Assembly: GCA_963775425.1 (NCBI GenBank)
Contig: CAVZJB010000004.1
Span: 544,001 to 608,000 of the forward strand
Origin: an uncultured delta proteobacterium
GTDB lineage: Bacteria; Myxococcota; UBA727; VGSZ01
Direction: 5' to 3'
DNA: 64,000 nucleotides
Position 1 is the first letter of the stretch. Each line of letters opens with the position of its first letter. This document shows positions 28,215-35,625 of this stretch, in pieces. Made by a program: the position numbers and the translations under genes. The notes under the pieces are model-generated. The model was not told the origin of the DNA, searched no databases, and saw only the letters and a program-made list of their open reading frames with translations.

Positions 28215-28652
28215 TCAATTGTCGGGCGATCCGCACACGAGCCACGTGAGGAGCATCGATCGGGCGTCGGGGGGCAACACGACACCCGCGTCGGGCGGCG
28301 GCATCGTGCACGCGTAGACCTGATTGAGCACCGCGCTGCGGCGACGAAAGACGTCGTCGTAGTCGACGAGGGGCTTGTTCGCCACCGCCGCGCCGGGCGC
28401 GTGGCATTGATCGCAGGTGCTCGCGAAGATGGGCTCGACGTCGGCCTGGAAGCTCGGCGCGGGCGAGGGGCACTCGCTCGGCAAGTCGTTCGGGCAAGGG
28501 CCGTCGTCGACGCCTGCGTCGGGAGGGTCGACGCCGCCCGGGCACGCGGCGGCGCCGAGCGACAGGAGCGCGACCGCGACGAGCTGCGGCGCGCCCCAAC
28601 GGGTCGATCCTCTAGGGCACGTCAAAGCTCGGGTCCGCGGTGTCATCGTCAT
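28215..28652 (-). CDS. Monoheme cytochrome c lipoprotein (paralog of the MbnH C-terminal domain)
   Basis: AAAC lipobox; PSFQADVEPIFASTCDQCH..ACTMP..LLTWLVCG; start position uncertain. Confidence 0.78.
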   Translation of the reverse strand: MTMTPRTRALTCPRGSTRWGAPQLVAVALLSLGAAACPGGVDPPDAGVDDGPCPNDLPSECPSPAPSFQADVEPIFASTCDQCHAPGAAVANKPLVDYDDVFRRRSAVLNQVYACTMPPPDAGVVLPPDARSMLLTWLVCGSPDN

Positions 28653-29055
28653 CGAAGGTGGTCTGCAGCTCCCAGAGGCCGCTCATGATGAGGTCGACGT
28701 TGTCGACGGTGTAGACGCCGTCGCCGTCCTCGCTCACGCTGGGGTGCACGGAGGCCCCGTGGTTCATCTGCGGCATCCAGGGCTTCACCGTGAAGGAGAG
28801 CCCCGTGAGCGGCGCCCCGTCGGCGTCGGTGACCACGAACTGAAACGGTGTCACGCCCACGGCGGGCGGCTGCGGCGACGAGCGCACCTCGATGTGCTTG
28901 GCCGCGTTGGTGCTGTCGACGGAGAGGAGCGCCTGGTCGGGGAACACCACCGGCGCGGGCTCGGGCTCGCCCTCTGCCGCCTGCCCGAAGCAACCGGCGA
29001 CGCCGAACAGGGCGAGGGTGGCGACGACGACAGGCAGGGAGCGGGAGAGCGGCAT
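28612..29055 (-). CDS. YtkA/FixH-like lipoprotein (copy B2)
   Basis: VAGC lipobox; VKPWMPQMNHG; GDGVY..NVDLIMSGLWEL; paralog of 20086..20538. Confidence 0.78.
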   Translation of the reverse strand: MPLSRSLPVVVATLALFGVAGCFGQAAEGEPEPAPVVFPDQALLSVDSTNAAKHIEVRSSPQPPAVGVTPFQFVVTDADGAPLTGLSFTVKPWMPQMNHGASVHPSVSEDGDGVYTVDNVDLIMSGLWELQTTFDDDDTADPSFDVP

Positions 29056-29062
29056 GAAGACC

Positions 29063-29647
29063 TCAGGGCACGTCGATGAAGAACGCGACGTGTCCGTGCT
29101 GTGACGTGTCGCTGTCGACGCAGTTTTCGTAGAGGTGGAAGCGGACGGTCCACCGGCCCGCCTTGTCGAAGCGGATGGGGCCGACGGTGTACACGCCGGG
29201 GCCGCTCTCGAGGGTGGTGGTCCCCGAATTCGGCGCGGGGTGGGTCTCGTCGAGGAAGACCTCGGCGCGCGTGTTGGCGCCGGCGGCGGGGGCGTCGTTC
29301 TCCGCCAGCTTGGTGGCGGTGACGGTGAAGGTGACGTCGCGGTCTTCGGTGACGGGCGTGACGTCGAACTTCACGTGGTACTTGCAGTCGTCGTCGTCGG
29401 CCTCGGTGTTGAACAGCGTGGGGCCGTAATCGTCGGCGGCGTCGCCTTCGCCTTCGCCTTCACCTTCACCTTCACCTTCACCGGCGCCGTCGCACACGGC
29501 GGGGTCGGTGAGGACGGGCGTCACGCCCTGGCAGTGGGTGTCCGCGTCACCGGTGACGGGACCGCCGACGGCCTCTGCAGGCGGCGGACAGGCCGCGCAC
29601 AGCGCCACGGCCATCGAGGGAAGCAGGGTCCGGACGACGATGCGCAT
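29063..29647 (-). CDS. His/Cys-rich YtkA-like lipoprotein (copy A2)
   Basis: CAAC lipobox; highly similar to 20608..21183 (THCQGVTPVLTDPAVCDG, DDDDCKYHV, QHGH.AFFIDVP). Confidence 0.72.
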   Translation of the reverse strand: MRIVVRTLLPSMAVALCAACPPPAEAVGGPVTGDADTHCQGVTPVLTDPAVCDGAGEGEGEGEGEGEGDAADDYGPTLFNTEADDDDCKYHVKFDVTPVTEDRDVTFTVTATKLAENDAPAAGANTRAEVFLDETHPAPNSGTTTLESGPGVYTVGPIRFDKAGRWTVRFHLYENCVDSDTSQHGHVAFFIDVP

Positions 29648-29695
29648 GCTCGGGCTTGTATACGGGGCAGCCCGGCGCGTCGATGCGGGTTGATC

Positions 29696-29720
29696 AGCGA
29701 CCGGAGGGAGCGGCCGCGCT
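29696..29720. repeat. REP-like 25-bp element, copy 1
   Basis: AGCGACCGGAGGGAGCGGCCGCGCT, identical to 35310-35334, flanked by GATC arms. Confidence 0.7.
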
Positions 29721-29812
29721 TGATCCGGACGCACGAGCGGCACGCTCGTCGCGACGCGCTGGTGAGCGCAAAGGAGACCGGGGGCATGATCACAAACGAA
29801 ACTGTCAGGCCC

Positions 29813-29852
29813 GTCTTTGGACATGACGTCACTCGGCATCACGTCCAAAGAC
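29813..29852. terminator. Inverted repeat just after the 29859 stop
   Basis: GTCTTTGGACATGA...TCACGTCCAAAGAC (14-bp stem, one mismatch). Confidence 0.45.
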
Positions 29853-29858
29853 GTGACG

Positions 29859-30470
29859 TCACTCGACATGAAAGGTCACCGGGTTGCCTTTGTAGGGGCC
29901 CTCGCTGACCCGGTTGTTCACCAGATACGCCCCGACGATGCTCGCGGTGATGTCCTCGCCCTTGTGGTCCTTGAGCTCCTTCCACGCCGCGTCGTCGAGC
30001 GTGACCTGAAGGTTGGACGTGTGCACGCCGAGCGGGCAGGTGCGCCCCGACAGCGGCATCTCGATGAGGTACATGTCGCCGGTCTTGGGCGGCAGGTGCG
30101 CGAGCGCCGGCGGGTCGAGCGCACCGAACAGCGCGTCCGCGGCGCCGCCGATGAAGCCGCGCGCGGGCACACGCACGGCCTTGCGCGCGGGCTTGCGCGC
30201 CGGCTCCAGGGACGCCACGCGCAGCGGCGAGGTCCAGGTGAACGTCGGCGCCGCGCGGACCGCCGCGCCGTCCGCCGGGGCCGTGAACACCGGCGAGCTC
30301 GCCTCGTCGAAGGTGGCGTGCGGCTCCACGTCCTTCATCGTGAGCCAGGTGTCGTCGGTGACGTTGCCGTCGAAGGCCGGCTCCTGGTCCGGCTCGAGAC
30401 AGGGGTCCCCCGTCGGACCGCACGCGGCGGCGAGGGAGGCAAGACACAAGGCGACGACGACCACGCGCAT
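29859..30470 (-). CDS. Hypothetical lipoprotein heading the Mbn-PH cluster
   Basis: MRVVVVALCLASLAAAC lipobox; PTFTWTS; PPALAHLPP; LVNNRVSEGPY. Confidence 0.7.
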   Translation of the reverse strand: MRVVVVALCLASLAAACGPTGDPCLEPDQEPAFDGNVTDDTWLTMKDVEPHATFDEASSPVFTAPADGAAVRAAPTFTWTSPLRVASLEPARKPARKAVRVPARGFIGGAADALFGALDPPALAHLPPKTGDMYLIEMPLSGRTCPLGVHTSNLQVTLDDAAWKELKDHKGEDITASIVGAYLVNNRVSEGPYKGNPVTFHVE

Positions 30471-30689
30471 CCGGACAACCTCGGCGTCGACGGCGCAACA
30501 GCGCCGGCGCCGTCCATGTCGTACCTCGCCGAGCGCGATCGGGACAGTGGGCATGCGTCCGATCCTCGCCGGATCCTCGTCGAGGAGCACGCCGTCTCGT
30601 GCGCCAGAGCACACCCGAGCACGGAGGAATTCTGCCTCGCTGCGCCGACAAGCCCCGGCGGCCGGCGGCCCGCGTCCTTACGTTGGCCC

Positions 30690-32012
30690 ATGGGGCAGCC
30701 GAGCACCGAGCACCTCGACGTCGACGACATGCTCCACGCATGGGCCGTCCTGTCGGGGCCCGAGCGGCGCGAAGGGTTCACGCTGCTGGACCACACCGCG
30801 GCAGAGGAGCTGTTCCTGTCGCTGCCCGCGCGTGACCAAGCGGACCTGCTGCACTCTCTGCTGCCGAACGAGCGGCGGCTGTGGCTGCGCTTGTTGCCGC
30901 CGGACGACGCCGCCGACGTCATCCAGGCGTCGCCCGAGGAGGAACGCGGCGAGCTGTTGGCGCTGCTCGACGACCAGGCGCGCCGCGACGTCACGGCGCT
31001 GCTCGCCTACGAGGAGGACGTCGCCGGCGGCGTGATGAGCACGCGCTTCGCGCGGCTGCGTCCGGACATGAGCGTCGACGAGGCCATCCAATATCTGCGT
31101 CGTCAGGCGCGCGCGCGCGTGGAGACGCTCTACTACGCCTACGTGCTCGACGCGGGCCAACACATGCTCGGCGTCGTCTCCTTCCGCGACCTGTTCGCCG
31201 CGCCGCCGGGCGCCCTCGTGCGGGACATCATGATCACCGAGGTGGTCACCGTGCCCGAGACCATGGACCAGGAGGCCGTGGCGCACCTGTTCGCGGACAA
31301 CGACCTCATCGCCGTCCCCGTCGTCGACGCGGCGAGCCGCATGAAGGGCATCATCACCGTCGACGACATCGTCGACGTGGTCGCCGAGGAGGCCACCGAG
31401 GACATCCAGAAGGTCGGCGGCACCGAGGCGCTCTCGGGCCCCTACCTCGGCGTGCGCATGACCGAGATGGTGAAGAAGCGCGCGGGCTGGCTCACCATCC
31501 TGTTCGTCGGCGAGATGCTCACCGCGTCGGCGATGGGGTACTTCCAGCACGAGATCGAGCGCGCGGTGGTGCTCGCGCTGTTCATCCCGCTCATCATCTC
31601 GTCGGGCGGCAACTCGGGCTCGCAGGCGTCCACGCTCATCATCCGCTCGCTCGCCCTCGGGGAGCTCGGCCTGCGCGACTGGCCGCGCGTCCTGCGCCGC
31701 GAGCTGCTCTCGGGCCTCACGCTCGGGGTGGTGCTCGGCGCCATCGGCTTCGTGCGGGTGGTGATGTGGGCGCTGATCTTTCGTATGTACGGGCCGCACT
31801 TCCTGCTCGTCGCGGCCACCGTCGGCGTGAGCCTCGTCGGCGTCGTCACCTGGGGCACGGTCACGGGCTCCATGCTCCCGTTCGCGTTGCGCCGCGCGGG
31901 CTTCGATCCCGCGAGCGCCTCGGCGCCGTTCGTGGCCACGCTCATCGACGTCACCGGGCTCGTCATCTACTTCTCGGCGGCGTCGGTCCTCTTCCTGCGC
32001 GTCCTCGAGTAG
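30690..32012 (+). CDS. mgtE: Magnesium transporter MgtE
   Basis: LPPDDAAD, AGGVMS, CBS pair, KRAGWL, ISSGGNSGSQAS, DPASASAPFVATLIDVTG. Confidence 0.95.
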   Translation: MGQPSTEHLDVDDMLHAWAVLSGPERREGFTLLDHTAAEELFLSLPARDQADLLHSLLPNERRLWLRLLPPDDAADVIQASPEEERGELLALLDDQARRDVTALLAYEEDVAGGVMSTRFARLRPDMSVDEAIQYLRRQARARVETLYYAYVLDAGQHMLGVVSFRDLFAAPPGALVRDIMITEVVTVPETMDQEAVAHLFADNDLIAVPVVDAASRMKGIITVDDIVDVVAEEATEDIQKVGGTEALSGPYLGVRMTEMVKKRAGWLTILFVGEMLTASAMGYFQHEIERAVVLALFIPLIISSGGNSGSQASTLIIRSLALGELGLRDWPRVLRRELLSGLTLGVVLGAIGFVRVVMWALIFRMYGPHFLLVAATVGVSLVGVVTWGTVTGSMLPFALRRAGFDPASASAPFVATLIDVTGLVIYFSAASVLFLRVLE

Positions 32013-32034
32013 ACCGCTCGACGGGGCGCGCCGC

Positions 32035-32289
32035 TCAGCGCCGGCGGCCGGCGTCGGCGCGGCCGTCGTCGACGAAGCCCGCGTCGAACGCGACGCCGGC
32101 GTCCACGGGTGGCCCCGCGTCGGCCGGGTCGAAGTCGTCGGGCGGCGAGCGCACCTGGCAACCGCCGCGGACGCACACGAGGGGGAGGCAATCGGTGTCG
32201 TCGACGCAGCGGGCGTCGGGGATCGCGCAGCCGGTGACGCCGAGCGCGATCGAGCAGAAGAAGAGGCGAGCGAGGATGTGTCGGCTCAT
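32035..32289 (-). CDS. Small Cys-rich lipoprotein
   Basis: VTGC lipobox; CVDDTDC..VCVRGGC; DAG repeats. Confidence 0.55.
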   Translation of the reverse strand: MSRHILARLFFCSIALGVTGCAIPDARCVDDTDCLPLVCVRGGCQVRSPPDDFDPADAGPPVDAGVAFDAGFVDDGRADAGRRR

Positions 32290-32326
32290 AGCTCCAGTCT
32301 GGACTCTCGCACAGCCTCCCGAGACT

Positions 32327-32340
32327 CATGCATATACATG
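32327..32340. promoter_or_regulatory. Candidate MarR operator
   Basis: AT-rich near-palindrome CATGCATATACATG, 33 bp upstream of the marR GTG. Confidence 0.5.
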
Positions 32341-32373
32341 TCATGTTGTATCAGGTGGGCTATCGTCCACGCC

Positions 32374-32799
32374 GTGAACGATCGCGACCTGACCCGCCGC
32401 ATGTTCCGGGAGTGCTTCGCGTTCCGCGTCCGCCGGGCGTCGCGCGTCATCTCGCGCACGTATGACCAGGCCCTACAGGACGTCGATCTGACGGCGACGC
32501 AGCTCATGGTGTTGTCGGCCATCGTCAACCGCCCCGACTTGAAGATGGCCGAGCTCGCCGACGAGCTCGGCCTCGAGGCGTCGACGTTCTCACGCGCCAC
32601 AGCGCTGCTGGTCCGCCGCAAGCTCTTGCGCCGCACGTCCAGCTCCAGCCGCCGCGAGCGCTTCTTCGCGGTCACCCCTGCCGGCCGCCGCAAGATCCGC
32701 GCGGCGTTCTCGCGCTGGGAGAGCGCGCAGGCGCAGGTGCGCCATCAGATCGGCGCCGACATCTTCGCGTCGCTGACACGCGCGCTGAGCGCGCTGTAG
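32374..32799 (+). CDS. MarR family winged-helix regulator
   Basis: CFAFRVRRASRVISRTYD..LTATQLMVL..LADELGLEASTFSR..VTPAGR..WESAQ. Confidence 0.88.
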   Translation: MNDRDLTRRMFRECFAFRVRRASRVISRTYDQALQDVDLTATQLMVLSAIVNRPDLKMAELADELGLEASTFSRATALLVRRKLLRRTSSSSRRERFFAVTPAGRRKIRAAFSRWESAQAQVRHQIGADIFASLTRALSAL

Positions 32800-32829
32800 G
32801 GCGAAGCCGCCGCCGCGCGCAGGCGCCGC

Positions 32830-35265
32830 TCACATCGGCAGGTTGAACACGAACGACGTCCCCTGCCCCACGGTGCTCTCGACACGCAGCGCTCCGCCGT
32901 GCGACTCCACGATGCCTTTGCTGATGGTGAGGCCGAGGCCGGTGCCCTTCTCCGCGTGCTCCGGCGCGGACCAGAAGGGCTCGAAGAGGCGCTGCAGCCT
33001 GTCGGCGGCGATCCCGGCGCCCTGGTCGGACACCGACACCTCCACCTCACTCGTCGTCCGCCGACAACGCACGGTGACCACGCCTCCGCGCGGCGAGAAC
33101 TTGATGGCGTTGCCGAGGAGGTTGGCGAGGAGCTGCAAGACGCGCCGGCGGTCGCACGATACGACGGCGCCGGCGAGCGCGTCGTCGAAGCGCACCTCGA
33201 CCCCGAGCGCGGTGGCGGCCGGCTGCTGCTCGTCGATGGCTTCGCGCACCGCGGCGGAGAGGTCTTCCCGCTTCTTCACCACCGCGAGCCGGCCCGCCTG
33301 GATGCTCGCCATGTCGAGCAGGTCGCTGATCAAGCGCTCCATGCTGCGCACGCCGCGCCGGATGCTCTCCACGTGGGCGCAGGCGGCCGCGTCGGCGGCG
33401 AGGTGCTTGTGCAGCAGCGTGGCAGCGAGGGCGACCGCGCTCAACGGGTTCTTCAGGTCGTGCGAGACCACCGCGAGCACCTCTTCGCGTGTACGTACCG
33501 CTCTTTGGGCGTGCTCGTAGAGCCGCGCGTTGTCCACCGCGAGCGAGGCACGGCGCGCGAGCTCGCTCATCACGGCGACGTCGACATCGTCGAAGCGGCG
33601 CCCGGACCCGGCCTGCACGAAGGTGAGCGCCCCCATGACGCGCTCCCGCGCCCGCAACGGGGCGATGAAGATCGACCGGAGGCCCAGCGCGCGCACCAGG
33701 GTGCGCACCTCCTCGTCGGCGATGCCCGCGGCGTCTTCATCGGTGAACCACGGCATCAGCTCCGGGTTCCCCGTGGCCAGGACCCGCGACAGCATCGGGT
33801 GGTCGACGGACGGGACACCCTGGTGCTCGTCGATCGCCAGCGCGCGGCGTCGCGCGAACCGCTCCACGATGTCGAGCTTCGTGGGGTCCTCGTGCGCCAT
33901 CGCGAGCTGGTGCACGCGTTTCCCCTCGCCCTCGTCGGGCACCACGTCCACCACGCACCAGTCCGCGATGCGCGGCACCACGAGGTTGGCGACGCGATCC
34001 AGCGTGATGCGCGGGTCGAGCGAAGAGGCGAGGAGCTTGGTGGCCTCCGAGAGGAATCGCTCCTTGTCTTCCTCACGGGTTCGCTCGTCGACGTCGAGGA
34101 GCACGGCCACCGCTTCAACATGCCGGCCCGCGTCGTCGACGACGGGCGCCGCCACCACCGAGACACGACGGTCGGTGCCGGTGCGATGATCCCTCACGAG
34201 CAGGTCGCGGGTGCTGCCCTCGCCGCGCAGGGCGCGCACGAGCGGGAGGTCGTCCACCGCCAGCGGCTTCCCCGTGCTGGGGTCGCACGGGCGGTCGCCT
34301 TCGCACGCGTCGAGCCGGGGGCCGTCGCTCTCTCCGGGCTCCCGCGCGATGCCCAGCATCTCGCGCGCCGTTGCGTTCCAGCGCTTGAGCCGGCGCGCGC
34401 CGGCGATGAGCACGGCGGCGGGAATGCTCTCGATGACGGCCTCGAGCTCGGCGGCGGTGTGCTCCGCGCGCGTCTGCGCATCGCGCACGTCGGTGACCTC
34501 GCCGGCGACGATGCCTGCGCCCAGCGTGTCGCCGTTCGCCGATCGCACGGGAAAGAAGCTCGCGAGGAAGCACCGCGCGCGCCCCCCGGGCGCCGCGCGC
34601 TTGGTGAATTCGACGTTCACCAACGGCTCGCCGGTCTCGATCACGTGGCGCACCGCGCTCGCGATGAGGGTGCCGTCTTCGCCGGACTCCTCCTCGATGC
34701 TCCGGCCGACCTGCTCGGAGAGGGAGCGGCCGTCGAAGTCCGCGAGCGCGGCGTTGATTCGCCGGTAGCGAAGGTCGGTGCCGACGAAGGCGATGCCATG
34801 CGGAGAGGCCGCCAGCAGCGCGTCGAGGGTCGCCGCCGTGTGCTCCGCCTGCGCGAACAGCGCGTCATCGGCTCTCGTGTCGACGAGCGCGTGTGCCATT
34901 GCGAGGTCGATCGCCGCGTTGAGCGCACGCAGCTCGGCGTGCGCCGTGGCCGCGCCCCGGCGCTCGCGTTGCCACACGTCGAGCACGACGCCGCGCAGCG
35001 CCGCGAGCTCGATCGCCGCCGGATGCAGGTCGAGCTTCGGGCGGAGCGCGGGAGCGGGCGCCGCCGAAGGGCCCGCGCGCGCCGCCGCGTCCACCGCGGC
35101 GGCGACCTCGTCGACGAGCCGCGGAACGTCGAAGATAGGCTGCGTCCGCTCGGGCGCCTCGTCGAACGTCGGGCGCCGCTGCTCGAAGCCGCGCAAGATC
35201 TCGTCGCGGAACCGGGCGAACGAGGCGACCGGGCTCTCGTCGACGGGGCGGACGCTCGACGCCAT
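32830..35265 (-). CDS. Cytoplasmic PAS-PAS-GAF histidine kinase
   Basis: GIAFVGTDLRYRRIN (PAS), LPLVRALRGE (PAS), VPRIADWC..DNARLY (GAF), SHDLKNPL, NLLGNAIKF, GTGLGL. Confidence 0.92.
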   Translation of the reverse strand: MASSVRPVDESPVASFARFRDEILRGFEQRRPTFDEAPERTQPIFDVPRLVDEVAAAVDAAARAGPSAAPAPALRPKLDLHPAAIELAALRGVVLDVWQRERRGAATAHAELRALNAAIDLAMAHALVDTRADDALFAQAEHTAATLDALLAASPHGIAFVGTDLRYRRINAALADFDGRSLSEQVGRSIEEESGEDGTLIASAVRHVIETGEPLVNVEFTKRAAPGGRARCFLASFFPVRSANGDTLGAGIVAGEVTDVRDAQTRAEHTAAELEAVIESIPAAVLIAGARRLKRWNATAREMLGIAREPGESDGPRLDACEGDRPCDPSTGKPLAVDDLPLVRALRGEGSTRDLLVRDHRTGTDRRVSVVAAPVVDDAGRHVEAVAVLLDVDERTREEDKERFLSEATKLLASSLDPRITLDRVANLVVPRIADWCVVDVVPDEGEGKRVHQLAMAHEDPTKLDIVERFARRRALAIDEHQGVPSVDHPMLSRVLATGNPELMPWFTDEDAAGIADEEVRTLVRALGLRSIFIAPLRARERVMGALTFVQAGSGRRFDDVDVAVMSELARRASLAVDNARLYEHAQRAVRTREEVLAVVSHDLKNPLSAVALAATLLHKHLAADAAACAHVESIRRGVRSMERLISDLLDMASIQAGRLAVVKKREDLSAAVREAIDEQQPAATALGVEVRFDDALAGAVVSCDRRRVLQLLANLLGNAIKFSPRGGVVTVRCRRTTSEVEVSVSDQGAGIAADRLQRLFEPFWSAPEHAEKGTGLGLTISKGIVESHGGALRVESTVGQGTSFVFNLPM

Positions 35266-35309
35266 GCGGAGACATAGGAGCGCCCTTTGAATCGGCCAAA
35301 CAAGAATCA

Positions 35310-35334
35310 AGCGACCGGAGGGAGCGGCCGCGCT
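35310..35334. repeat. REP-like 25-bp element, copy 2
   Basis: Identical to 29696-29720. Confidence 0.7.
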
Positions 35335-35625
35335 GATCACAGGACCCACCGCTGCGTGCCGCGGTCGATTCCGTGCCGCGGATCCACGACCGAATCGATT
35401 TCATCTCCGCCGCGAATGCGTCGGCTCGGGCGCGCCGCGCCCCCCCGCGCGTGACGCGAGCCCAAACAAAACGTGCATTCTGTTTCATCGCCGTCGCCGG
35501 GCGGTCTCCGCCATCCCTGACGGCGCGGGGTGCGACACGGCGAAGATCCGGGCTGCGACAGGCCGGCGCCGCCCCCCACCCCTCGAGGCCGCTTGTCCTA
35601 TCCTCGCCGTTCCCCGGGGATTCAC

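Noticed and set aside
19164-30470. Methanobactin biosynthetic cluster
   Set aside because: No MbnA precursor, MbnB/MbnC or TonB-dependent MbnT is recognisable in the window
29737-30507. Further RegA boxes at 29737 (N6 spacer) and 30493 (GCGCA-ACAGC-GCCGG)
   Set aside because: Wrong spacing or two mismatches; expected by chance at this GC content
32306-32318. CTCGCACAGCCTC resembling an IS terminal repeat
   Set aside because: No transposase sequence or partner end nearby; too short to support
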